Shown in pieces: positions 1 to 8,304 of a stretch of 24,507 nucleotides of DNA. Position numbers and translations under genes: made by a program. Origin of the DNA: Candidatus Thorarchaeota archaeon. GTDB taxonomy: Archaea > Asgardarchaeota > Thorarchaeia > Thorarchaeales > Thorarchaeaceae. The notes below the pieces were generated by a model. That model was given only the letters and a program-made list of their open reading frames with translations. It had not been told where the DNA came from and did no database searches. Each line of letters begins with the position of its first letter. The stretch's first letter is position 1. The DNA lies in the NCBI GenBank assembly GCA_003345555.1, contig PRDJ01000052.1, positions 1 through 24,507 on the forward strand, given 5' to 3'.

Positions 1-96
1 GTAGGCGGCTATTTCGTTCCTGGTAGCATACTTTCGACAGGTGACGAGACCATTGTTGGTTGGGGCTATGAGAAGGATAAAGCAGAGAAGGGCTGA
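1..96 (+). CDS. 3' end of a CDS running in from the left edge (VGGYFVPGSILSTGDETIVGWGYEKDKAEKG*), function unknown
   Basis: Frame 1 is open from base 1 to TGA at 94-96 and converges on the minus-strand remnant ending at 125. Too short to assign a family. Confidence 0.4.
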   Translation, partial: VGGYFVPGSILSTGDETIVGWGYEKDKAEKG

Positions 97-124
97 TTAC
101 ATTAGTTCGTCGGGCTTCCGACAA

Positions 125-420
125 TCATGTGGGCTCATCAGCTGAATTCTGCCGATTCCTTAATGTCTGTTCAGCTTTGGCTATGTCGCGGCGCCTAAGC
201 GGGTACGCGAGCAGGAGTGGGATCATTGCGATTAACAGACCGCTCGGGATTAGGGATATCGCTATGCGTAGCCCTTTTCTGAGCTGAGGCGTCGCCGGCA
301 TGCCGCCACATACCCCACAAGAGATAGCAGCCAGTCCACAAGTAGGCTGCCTGTTGCTCCTCCGCCTCTGTTTCCCCGCACCGAGTATAGGAATGTTAGG
401 CGTTTCGTCTTCGTGCACCG
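125..420 (-). pseudogene. C-terminal remnant of a GPH/MFS (MelB-like) sugar-cation symporter, 5'-truncated and frameshifted
   Basis: One frame reads ..GATGSLLVDWLLSLVGYVA. A shift of one base near 302-304 continues as MPATPQLRKGLRIAISLIPSGLLIAMIPLLLAYPLRRRDI, matching the last two TM helices of GPH transporters (G..LL...GYV....Q....GLR.....P.....YPL). The upstream frame is closed by TAA at 423-421. Confidence 0.55.
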
Positions 421-449
421 TTAGGTAGGCTTAGTAATGTGTACATAAT

Positions 450-466
450 AATGCTAATATAGCATT
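450..466. promoter_or_regulatory. Perfect 7-3-7 inverted repeat AATGCTA-ATA-TAGCATT, candidate operator
   Basis: Seen directly in the AT-rich region 25 nt upstream of the wHTH start codon at 492. Confidence 0.45.
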
Positions 467-491
467 GAGTCACAAATGATATTGACCTGAA

Positions 492-800
492 ATGCGAATA
501 CATGCCCACGTTCCTTCAGTTCCTCGTGTAGGAATCCCCGAAGCGGTCGAAAAGATCGTTGAAGAGCTCAGGAATGGAGCAAGCCTTTCGATATCTGGGC
601 TCGCCAAGAAAACGGGTGTAGACAGACGGACCGCTGGCAAAGTCGTAGATATGCTTGTTTCTGTACAGGACATCCTGCGCACATTGCAGATTGAGAAGGA
701 CAAGGTGGGTAGGAGCTATATTGTCCGACTGCAAACAAGAACGGAACAAGCTCGCAGGCTCCTCAAGTCGGCCAGGGACAAGGTCTATCGGAGGCATTAG
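492..800 (+). CDS. Winged helix-turn-helix protein, probable transcriptional regulator
   Basis: 102 aa with the HTH pattern LSISGLAKKTGVDRRTAGKVVDML followed by a beta-wing (IEKDKVGRSYIVRL) and a basic C-terminal helix. Confidence 0.75.
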   Translation: MRIHAHVPSVPRVGIPEAVEKIVEELRNGASLSISGLAKKTGVDRRTAGKVVDMLVSVQDILRTLQIEKDKVGRSYIVRLQTRTEQARRLLKSARDKVYRRH

Positions 801-806
801 TAGGCC

Positions 807-1337
807 ATGTCAAAGGTCTTCGGGCTATTACTTACCGTGCTATTTGCCAGCTTGGGCGCTGCCACTTCATACCTCTTATGGCATGCGGCAGGCTGGTATG
901 TGATTGTTCAGATATTCATCACACTCGCTATCGGTGGCCTTGGCGAGCACTATGTTTCGGGCCAAGGGTATTATCACTACACCAATGTGAATGGAGTATT
1001 TGTGGGACGTGTGCCCACTTGGATTCCTTTCATGTGGGTATTCGTTGTACAGGGAACGCTGATTGCCGCTATCCTTCTGGGGTTGAAAGGATTCTCAGCA
1101 GTCACTGGCTCTGGCATTCTCGGACTCGTTCTTGATTCTGTGTTCTTGGAGCCCTATCTCAGCAAGACGAAGGGACTCTGGCAGTGGCGCCATGTTGAGA
1201 GTGGCTACTTTCATTTCGTACCCCCAAATCTCAACAAGTTCTATGCCCCGATAGGCAATTACATGGTTTGGCTGTTCTTCCCGATAGTCATGAACTGGCT
1301 CCTAGGCGGTCTGCTGTTCATTCTCTCTTACCTATAG
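807..1337 (+). CDS. CruF / carotenoid-biosynthesis (DUF422-like) integral membrane protein
   Basis: About 5 hydrophobic segments. Motifs GEH..GQGYYHY...GVFVGRVPTWIPFMW, LD..LEP.....GLWQW and APIGNYMVW match the CruF pattern (E..G...Y.Y..G...GVP..I...W / D..LDP....G.W.W / P..NF.GW). Starts 6 nt after the wHTH stop. Confidence 0.7.
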   Translation: MSKVFGLLLTVLFASLGAATSYLLWHAAGWYVIVQIFITLAIGGLGEHYVSGQGYYHYTNVNGVFVGRVPTWIPFMWVFVVQGTLIAAILLGLKGFSAVTGSGILGLVLDSVFLEPYLSKTKGLWQWRHVESGYFHFVPPNLNKFYAPIGNYMVWLFFPIVMNWLLGGLLFILSYL

Positions 1338-1442
1338 CGCGGAGTTGCTGATTCTCTGCTATTCCCAGAACAATGCCTGAGTGTTACGCTAGATACACAC
1401 ACGCTCTTCAGGTCGCGGCCTCCTGTAGTCGTGCGAGAACTC

Positions 1443-1676
1443 ATGTCAGACTCGAGTGTCAAGTGGCTCCTGAAGAACAAGGTTGTCTGCGACTTCAGGG
1501 GTTTCCCAATCGGACATATTCGTAAGGTATGGTATGACCAAGCAGAAGGCCCAATGGTGGTTGTCGAACGTCTGTCACCCGCGACCGGCAGCACGACATG
1601 GGAGTCTATACCTATGCGAGCCATAGAGAGCGTTACCGAACACGTTCGGCTGAAACCGCCGGTCTTCGCTGAGTAG
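1443..1676 (+). CDS. Single PRC-barrel domain protein
   Basis: LLKNKVVCDFRGFPIGHIRKVWYD...VVVE...IPMRAIESVTEHVRL fits the PRC-barrel consensus (V.D..G..IG.V.D....IP...I..V...V.L). Start is ATG 1443 or GTG 1431. Confidence 0.75.
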   Translation: MSDSSVKWLLKNKVVCDFRGFPIGHIRKVWYDQAEGPMVVVERLSPATGSTTWESIPMRAIESVTEHVRLKPPVFAE

Positions 1677-1679
1677 CGG

Positions 1680-2102
1680 GTGCGAAGAGGAAAAGCACGC
1701 AGCCAAAATAGGAGGCGTCGAGAGCTGACGGCAAGATGTCTCGGGGAAAAGCGCCGGGAAACAGGACGGGCTCATGGCGCCAAGCCAGTTGCTTCTAATG
1801 AGAAGGTCCGAAGCTCTAGGTCCTATCCTATCACTGTGAGCGTGTTTACCAGCGGAGGCTGTGTCTTCTGCAAAGAAGCCCTAGCCATGATACGCGAGGT
1901 GACCAAGAACCTATCCTATGATGACCTCGGTATAGAAATAGTCGAGCTACCGGTCGACGAGAAGCCAGATCTTGTAAAGTCTTTGGACATATTGGCGGTG
2001 CCGACCATCCAGATAGGCAGGAGCCGGGTCGTGGGATTGCCCAATGTTGAGGAACTTGAGAATCTAATGCATGAAGCAGTGCTGGCACGAATTGGCTTCT
2101 AG
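1680..2102 (+). CDS. Thioredoxin/glutaredoxin-like protein (archaeal MJ0307-like), CVFC active site
   Basis: VSVFTSGGCVFC, cis-Pro motif ILAVPTIQI and VGLP. The true start may lie downstream of 1680 because the basic N-terminal ~45 aa look non-conserved. Confidence 0.8.
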   Translation: MRRGKARSQNRRRRELTARCLGEKRRETGRAHGAKPVASNEKVRSSRSYPITVSVFTSGGCVFCKEALAMIREVTKNLSYDDLGIEIVELPVDEKPDLVKSLDILAVPTIQIGRSRVVGLPNVEELENLMHEAVLARIGF

Positions 2103-2167
2103 CCGTTGCAGGGTTCCTGGATTACAGTCCGTGGTTGAGAGTATTCTAGGTATAGTGCAGTGCCCTA

Positions 2168-2920
2168 TCAGAATGGCATTCCAAGTATGAGCCATGCGTT
2201 CTCCTTCATTACTACTCTACTTGTTTCAACGTTCAAATCAATCATATTGAGCGAGTCCATCAAGTCTGGATACTCGGTATGGTGTTCGGATCCGTAGACA
2301 AGATGTCTTACTCCGGCATCTTGAAGGAGCGCATCGAGATAGACGCGAAGAGGTGATTCAACGAGTTTCACGAGAGTGATGGATATATCGAGCCAAAGGT
2401 TCCGACGACCCATGAGCGGAAGTAGATTCGGAAATCCAAACAAGCCACCCATGTGAAGTACTATGAACTTGCCATCGGGCCAGAGTGTAGTGACTTTGTC
2501 GACAAAGCTGATGGTGTCACCCGTGAGCTCATGGGTGTGGAAGTAGACGGGCAGTTCGTTGTCCACGGCTAGCTGGACAAGAGCATCTACTGCTGGGTCG
2601 CTAGGATAGTACATGTTGTCATCAAGGACTAGAGCGACACATCCCTCATCCGTATACTTCTTGAGCCTGCGTCTAGCCGTATCGATTGGCCTTGGCATAA
2701 CCTCACACGCCGCATAGAGACGATCCGGGTTGATTGCCGCAGCCTGTAGATAGAGGTCTGTACCTGTATAGGGATCCACGGGTGTCAAGACTGCTCGGTC
2801 AATGCCAAAAACGTCCATTCGCTGAAGAAGGGTGTCGGTATGTCGTGCGTAGTCATACTCATTCACCTTCTGAATCGACATGCGGTCTGCGCCCAAGTGC
2901 GTGTGGATGTCTGTCGTCAT
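2168..2920 (-). CDS. Amidohydrolase family (Amidohydro_2-like) metal-dependent TIM-barrel hydrolase
   Basis: DIHTH (HxH), LPVYFH, FIVLHMGG and LVYGSE (canonical FGSD). Start placed at ATG 2920 (MTTDIHTH), not the ORF-track start at 3013. Confidence 0.85.
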   Translation of the reverse strand: MTTDIHTHLGADRMSIQKVNEYDYARHTDTLLQRMDVFGIDRAVLTPVDPYTGTDLYLQAAAINPDRLYAACEVMPRPIDTARRRLKKYTDEGCVALVLDDNMYYPSDPAVDALVQLAVDNELPVYFHTHELTGDTISFVDKVTTLWPDGKFIVLHMGGLFGFPNLLPLMGRRNLWLDISITLVKLVESPLRVYLDALLQDAGVRHLVYGSEHHTEYPDLMDSLNMIDLNVETSRVVMKENAWLILGMPF

Positions 2921-3027
2921 ACTATGGCTGCTTATGCATTCAGATTGCCTTTTGTGTAAATGGGTCATGTACTGTGGGTCTATCATCATGTCTAAATAGC
3001 GTGCGGGGCGCATCTGGTCGAAGTGAT

Positions 3028-3699
3028 TTGAGCGAGGTCAAAGGAGCCAGGAATTTCGAGAAGGTCCTTCAGAGCATATCAGCTGAAATCAATAAGGACC
3101 AGTATATGCTGATGGAATATCTTGTCCCTGTGATTGACGGATGCAGGGCCGCTCTGAGGGTGAGCGTTGACAGAGCAAGAGAGCTCCATAACATGCCTGA
3201 CAGCGAATTCGAGCAGTACCTAGATGGGACAGAGCAGTCCTTCCGTGCATTGACTATCTGCTTCAAGATGACTGATACCGGCGAGGTCTGCTCTATTGAG
3301 TTCGAACACGGGAAATCGACAGTATACGATGAATGTGTGGAACCTGATGTTGTTGTGACTTCTGATTTCAATACCATGGCCGATCTGTTTGACGCCGATT
3401 CTCACAGACTGCCGACAGAAGTGCTCGGGTCAAAGGTGAGCGTGACTGGCAACGACTCGCTTGAGGTTGTTGAGGTCCTAGGCTTGTTATGCTTCTCTCC
3501 TCTTCTGAGGATGGCGCGGTCTGGCATAGACCCTTCTTCCCTCCTAGCCGAAGACGCAGACTCGGCGATTATGGCTGCAGCATCTGGCCTCGTGACTGAG
3601 ATGGTCAGTAAGTGGGTTGACCTTCAGATTGAAAAATGCTCGGACACTGAGAACCGTTCTAAGGGAAAGGTCAGGCAAGGCCGTGGTAAGGGAAAATGA
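3028..3699 (+). CDS. Protein with a central SCP2 (sterol/lipid carrier)-like domain
   Basis: ICFKMTDTGEVCSIEFEHGKSTVYDECVEPDVVVTSDFNTMADLF...LGSKVSVTGN fits the SCP2 pattern (..G...V......PD..I..D...L........G...I.G). Likely TTG start at 3028; the ORF-track extension to 2734 overlaps the amidohydrolase antisense. Confidence 0.55.
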   Translation: MSEVKGARNFEKVLQSISAEINKDQYMLMEYLVPVIDGCRAALRVSVDRARELHNMPDSEFEQYLDGTEQSFRALTICFKMTDTGEVCSIEFEHGKSTVYDECVEPDVVVTSDFNTMADLFDADSHRLPTEVLGSKVSVTGNDSLEVVEVLGLLCFSPLLRMARSGIDPSSLLAEDADSAIMAAASGLVTEMVSKWVDLQIEKCSDTENRSKGKVRQGRGKGK

Positions 3700-4816
3700 G
3701 TTCCTTAAGCCTGCGTAGCGTGCGCTCAAGGTCCAGACTAACTTCTTCCCTTGTGAAGTACATTTGAACAACCTCGTCTTGATCCCTTATAGCTGCTGGA
3801 CACTCGTAGTTCAGTTCCTTGCACTTGTCAACGAAGTCCTGTGGTATCTTGCCCGGTACTTTCTCGTCAAGGATTATGGATAGGAACAGTGTCCATAACC
3901 TTGCTACGTTGGCCACGTTATAACCCCCACCGCCTGTGGCAAGCCACCCGATATCGCAGATGCTACTCGAGAGGATCCTCAAACGCCTTAGGACGGTCTC
4001 ATACCCTTTTGTCGTGTAAGTCAGATGCGCTAGAGGATCCAAGTAGTGGCCATCAACTCCCAGCTGAGTCACTAGGAGATTAGGACGGTATGATTCGAAT
4101 AACGGGACAACAATCTCGTCTAGGACTCGAGTGAGTTCCGGAGTACCTCCGCCAGGCAGCAATGGAATATTCACAGAATACCCAACCCCTTCGCCGGCCC
4201 CGGTCTCGTATACGAAACCGGTTCCCGGGAAGAGAGTCTTTCCTGTTTGATGAACTGAAATCGTAAGAACATCCTTGGACCGGTAGAACGCATTCTGGAC
4301 GCCGTCAGCATGGTGAGCATCGAAATCGAAGTATAGAACGCGGCAGGGTTTCTTCTTCAGCAAATGAAGGATTGAGACGACAATGTCATTGAAGATACAG
4401 AAGCCCGATGCCTCGCTTCTCTGCGCGTGATGCAGGCCTCCTGAAATCACGAACGCGTTGGAGGCGCCCTTGATGATTTCTTTCATAGCATCAAGGGTAG
4501 CTCCAACATATCTTGCACCAGCATCATACATTTCTGGGAACGAGGGGTTGTCTGCAGTCCCTATCCCGTATCTTGCGTTGATGTAACTATCGTCATGACT
4601 TGCAATCACAGCGTCAACGTAGTCGGGGGTATGAAACATCTCAATGTCCTCTCTGGTGGCAGAGGAGGGGACTATCTCGCGGACTTTGTCCAACAAGCCC
4701 AACTCCTTGGACAACACGTAAGTGAGCCTAAGCCTCTCCTGTTTAAGCGGATGGTTGTCCGCGAAGTGGTAATTCAGCAGAGAGTCAGAGTATGGGTATA
4801 CAAGCTTTGCTTTCAT
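3671..4816 (-). CDS. acuC: Histone deacetylase family / acetoin utilization protein AcuC-like Zn-dependent deacylase
   Basis: HPLKQER, GGLHHA, SGFCIFND, DFDAHHADG, SVHQ...FPGTG, GVDGH..DPL and GGGGY are all intact. Confidence 0.93.
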   Translation of the reverse strand: MKAKLVYPYSDSLLNYHFADNHPLKQERLRLTYVLSKELGLLDKVREIVPSSATREDIEMFHTPDYVDAVIASHDDSYINARYGIGTADNPSFPEMYDAGARYVGATLDAMKEIIKGASNAFVISGGLHHAQRSEASGFCIFNDIVVSILHLLKKKPCRVLYFDFDAHHADGVQNAFYRSKDVLTISVHQTGKTLFPGTGFVYETGAGEGVGYSVNIPLLPGGGTPELTRVLDEIVVPLFESYRPNLLVTQLGVDGHYLDPLAHLTYTTKGYETVLRRLRILSSSICDIGWLATGGGGYNVANVARLWTLFLSIILDEKVPGKIPQDFVDKCKELNYECPAAIRDQDEVVQMYFTREEVSLDLERTLRRLKELIFPYHGLA

Positions 4817-4945
4817 GCCGGTCTCCGAGTTAAGAAATGAGTGCTTATGTCTTACTGTCTTGCCTCGCTTGACTTGTCCGTTACGTACTTCGCCGATTAG
4901 TCTTACTCTGCTTCCATGTTCAAGTCGACCGCTGGAACCTACAGC

Positions 4946-5479
4946 TCAGGCGAACTCTCTGATGATGATGCCGATGACTGTACCTAGTAGAGAAGAAAAC
5001 ATGACAAAAAGAAAGTAGACCGTGATTACAGACAATCCGGCTAGGAAGAAGCCACCAACTTCCTCAGGCTGCGATAGAAGGGCAGGACTCACCAAGAAGA
5101 TCACGAAGATGGCCGAAAAAAACAATGCTGTCAAGACTGCGCCTATCAGCGCACGGCTCGTCTGGTATGCGGTAAGACCTATTGTGATTGCGACAAGTGC
5201 GGGAATGCCAAACATGTAGGCGGCATTCTGCGCCAACGCCCCGACAGCGATAGCCGAATAGACACTCGCGTCCGTTATGGCCACAAGGAGGGGGATGAGG
5301 AACAAGACCAGCAGATCTCGCCGATTCTCACGCATCGATATTCCTAGGAATTCCACAACGGGACTAGTCTTTCTTGGGGTCGGTCCGGTATCACTAGTGG
5401 GGAGCGGTCTCAACAAGCCAATCTTCTCTGACTCATCTTCACGGGACGGCTCAGTCCTATACTTGTCGTCGTCGCTCAT
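4946..5479 (-). CDS. Hypothetical 4-TM membrane protein with a charged N-terminal tail
   Basis: GGTGA RBS directly upstream of ATG 5479 (MSDDDKYR..). Four long hydrophobic segments follow. Confidence 0.75.
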   Translation of the reverse strand: MSDDDKYRTEPSREDESEKIGLLRPLPTSDTGPTPRKTSPVVEFLGISMRENRRDLLVLFLIPLLVAITDASVYSAIAVGALAQNAAYMFGIPALVAITIGLTAYQTSRALIGAVLTALFFSAIFVIFLVSPALLSQPEEVGGFFLAGLSVITVYFLFVMFSSLLGTVIGIIIREFA

Positions 5480-5647
5480 TCTCACCCACTTGGCACAGCT
5501 CTCCCTGCGTGCTTGGATAAAGCCTTCGCATTGAGCAAGTGCCATCTCTGTTCTCTTGCATAAGGTCAAAGAGACAAGGAATCATACCGACCAAAACTTC
5601 TATCTGTTACTGGAAACAGACTTGAATCATAACGGCGGTGAATTCAC

Positions 5648-6778
5648 TTGGCTAGAGGAGAATCATATAGTTCCCAGAAACTAGGCGGGACAGACGCCAC
5701 AACCAAGAGAAGGAAACTGGATCACATCGAAATATGTCTACAAGAAGATGTGCAAAGCAAAGCCTCCGCCATGTTTGACGATATTCGATTGGTTCACAAT
5801 GCGTTGCCCGAAATCGACAAAGACGCAATTGACCTCACTACAAGTCTTCTGGGCCTGAAGGCTGGTGCGCCGATAGTAATAGCTGCGATGACCGGAGGTC
5901 ATCCCGATACGTATGAGGTGAACCGCAGGCTTGCAGAAGCCGCCGAGGAGCTGAAGCTCCCAATAGGTGTCGGAAGTCAAAGGGCTGCAATTGAAGATAC
6001 TTCGCTAGCATACACGTTTGAAGTGGTAAGAGAAGCGGCGCCCTCGGTCCCAGTAATCGCCAATATCGGTTCTACACACGCCGAACACGCTCCGGAAGCT
6101 GTTCAGATGATTGACGCGGATATCCTTGCTGTTCATCTTAACCCCTTGCAAGAGGCTGTACAACCGGAAGGAGAGTGTGATTCATCCGGCGTACTCGACA
6201 AGATTGCATCAGTGCTAGATTTGGTTGATGTTCCGGTCATAGTGAAAGAAACAGGAGCTGGCATCTCTTCAACGGTGGCCAAGCAATTGGAGGCCATCGG
6301 AGTTGACGGAGTGGACGTGGGAGGACTTGGAGGAACGAGCTGGTCCGCTGTTGAGTATTATCGCGCCCTAAGGGAAAAGAATCATGAAAGAGCCTTCTTG
6401 GGTCATGAATACTGGGATTGGGGAATCCCGACGGCTCTGAGCTTGGCTATGGTGGTTTCATCGACTGACCTCAGTGTTATCGCCACAGGTGGCATTAGGA
6501 CGGGTCTAGACGTCGCGAAGGCTCTGAGCTTGGGCGCTGATGCTGCCGGAGTTGCCTTTCCGCTACTGAAACCCGCCGTGACAGGAAAGACCAGCGACGT
6601 CGTGAACGAGCTGACAAAGATAATCGAGAGCTTGAGGGTCGCCATGTACTTGACCGGATGTCAATACGTGGATGATATGCTTGGTCGTCCCGTAATCATA
6701 CAAGGAAGGTTACGAGAGAATCTCGAGACCCTCGGCATCGACTACTGGAGATACGAGAGAAAGAAAGCGAGAGAGTAG
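5648..6778 (+). CDS. fni: Type 2 isopentenyl-diphosphate delta-isomerase (FMN-dependent)
   Basis: RKLDHI, AMTGG, GSQRAA, HLNPLQE, KETGAG, GGTSW, WGIPT and GGIRTGLD. TTG start preceded by GGTGA. Confidence 0.96.
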   Translation: MARGESYSSQKLGGTDATTKRRKLDHIEICLQEDVQSKASAMFDDIRLVHNALPEIDKDAIDLTTSLLGLKAGAPIVIAAMTGGHPDTYEVNRRLAEAAEELKLPIGVGSQRAAIEDTSLAYTFEVVREAAPSVPVIANIGSTHAEHAPEAVQMIDADILAVHLNPLQEAVQPEGECDSSGVLDKIASVLDLVDVPVIVKETGAGISSTVAKQLEAIGVDGVDVGGLGGTSWSAVEYYRALREKNHERAFLGHEYWDWGIPTALSLAMVVSSTDLSVIATGGIRTGLDVAKALSLGADAAGVAFPLLKPAVTGKTSDVVNELTKIIESLRVAMYLTGCQYVDDMLGRPVIIQGRLRENLETLGIDYWRYERKKARE

Positions 6779-6785
6779 CCACTCT

Positions 6786-8228
6786 TCACTCTGTAGATGT
6801 CGGTTGTGAATCTTCGAGAGCGCCGACTCGTTGGAGGTATCGAGACCGCGTTCTTATTCCGTTCAGCATTTGGACCGCTTCCTCTATCGTGTCCCCGACG
6901 GGGATGCCATTCAACTCGAAACCTCGTATGATTATATCGTACTTCTCGAGGTCCGGCACGTAAGAGACAACCGTTCTGTTGTGGCGCTTGACGACCGCCG
7001 CAACCTTGGCCCCGATTTGCAGAGAAATGCCGGGCGCGTATGGCAAGAGCAATAAGAGGGCCGCGTCAATGTAGTCGATTGCCAGCATCTTGTCTAGGAC
7101 ATGTTCAAAATCAGCATCGGTGGCGCTTCCGGTCAGGTCACATGGGTTCCTGAACGAGGCGATATCTTGGTAAGCAGGAGTCATGACTGCTCGCATTGCC
7201 TCTTGATCTTCGCTTGAAAACGGGGGAATTTCGAGTCCATAGAGGGCAGCTTCGTCCGTGGCTATCACTCCGTGGCCACCACTCACTGTCAGAGCTCCTA
7301 CACGCGGGCCCTTCATAGGGATTGGCTCGAAGGAGAAAACCTTTGAACAGGCCATGAGATGGTCCTCGTCACGAGCCTCTATGACTCCGAACTGTCTGAA
7401 GGCTGCTGAAGCAACAACCGAACTGCCCCCTAGGGCAGACGTATGACTCATTGTGGCTCTGTGTCCTGCTTCTGATACGCCTCCCTTGTAGACAATTACT
7501 GGTTTCTTTGTAGCGTATCTGGCGCAGGCCTCCACAAATTCCCTTCCTTCGTTCTCTCCGAAGCCTTCTAGGTATGCGACTATGACCTTCACATTCTTTT
7601 CATGCTCGAAGTGGTGAACGAAGTCTGTTACTTTGGTTTGAGCGGCATTACCAATTGAAACCGCAGCAGCGATCCCCACATCGCGTTTTGAGAATTCTTC
7701 CAAGCGTTCAACGAGCCAGCCTCCACTCTGCGATATGATTGCCACGCTTCCCCTTCTGGGTCTTGCAACACGTTCCGAGGGAAGAAAGAACGTGTCAAGG
7801 GTATCAGGGACAAAGACGCCAATGCAGTTCGGACCCACGAGGGAAATCTCAAACCTGTTCGCGATATCCACAATCTCCTGCTGCAGCTTGATTCCCTCTT
7901 TTGTCTGGGTTTCACTGAAGCCGCCTGAAACGACCACAACTGCTTCTATACCTTTGTTACCGCATTCCTCGAGTACTGAGGGCACAGATATTGCAGGGAT
8001 GGATATCACGGCAAGATCTATGTCATCAGGAGCTTTGGTGATCGAGGGGTAGACTTGCACACCCTCCACATCGCCGCCCTTGGGGTTGATAGGATAGGTC
8101 TTCAGTGCATTCTCAAATGCTAGCTTGCGGAAGATGACGTTTCCAGGAGAAAAGACATTCGAGGTCGAAACACCAATGACTGCCGCGACTCGAGGGTTCA
8201 GCAACTTATGAAGGCCGGTCATGACCAA
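6786..8228 (-). CDS. acdA: ADP-forming acetate/acyl-CoA ligase, alpha subunit (CoA-binding domain + ligase domain)
   Basis: YPINPKGG, DLAVISIP, SGGFSE, GPNCIG, SQSGG, SIGN, YLEG, phospho-His motif ATMSHT and NPCDLTG. No ATP-grasp beta domain is fused. Confidence 0.88.
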   Translation of the reverse strand: MVMTGLHKLLNPRVAAVIGVSTSNVFSPGNVIFRKLAFENALKTYPINPKGGDVEGVQVYPSITKAPDDIDLAVISIPAISVPSVLEECGNKGIEAVVVVSGGFSETQTKEGIKLQQEIVDIANRFEISLVGPNCIGVFVPDTLDTFFLPSERVARPRRGSVAIISQSGGWLVERLEEFSKRDVGIAAAVSIGNAAQTKVTDFVHHFEHEKNVKVIVAYLEGFGENEGREFVEACARYATKKPVIVYKGGVSEAGHRATMSHTSALGGSSVVASAAFRQFGVIEARDEDHLMACSKVFSFEPIPMKGPRVGALTVSGGHGVIATDEAALYGLEIPPFSSEDQEAMRAVMTPAYQDIASFRNPCDLTGSATDADFEHVLDKMLAIDYIDAALLLLLPYAPGISLQIGAKVAAVVKRHNRTVVSYVPDLEKYDIIIRGFELNGIPVGDTIEEAVQMLNGIRTRSRYLQRVGALEDSQPTSTE

Positions 8229-8304
8229 TCCTCGCTCACTGTGAAGTTGCGATAGAGCTCGTGGCTTATATGCGATTTGTCTGCGGTGCTTGGACGATGG
8301 TCGT

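Noticed and set aside
1335-1442. The CruF-like gene and the PRC-barrel gene share a frame, separated by a single TAG and a stop-free spacer (possible amber/pyrrolysine readthrough fusion)
   Set aside because: A 31-codon open stretch has roughly 0.2 probability by chance with uniform codons. The spacer peptide looks non-conserved, the PRC gene has its own ATG, and there are no pyl genes in the window.
2734-3027. N-terminal 98-aa extension of the 321-aa plus-strand ORF
   Set aside because: It is antisense to the amidohydrolase and compositionally non-protein-like. A TTG at 3028 gives a cleaner gene.
5603-5647. Short dyads TCTGTT-N6-AACAGA and GTGAATTCAC in the divergent region before fni
   Set aside because: Arms of 5-6 bp are expected by chance, and the second is largely the GGTGA RBS itself.
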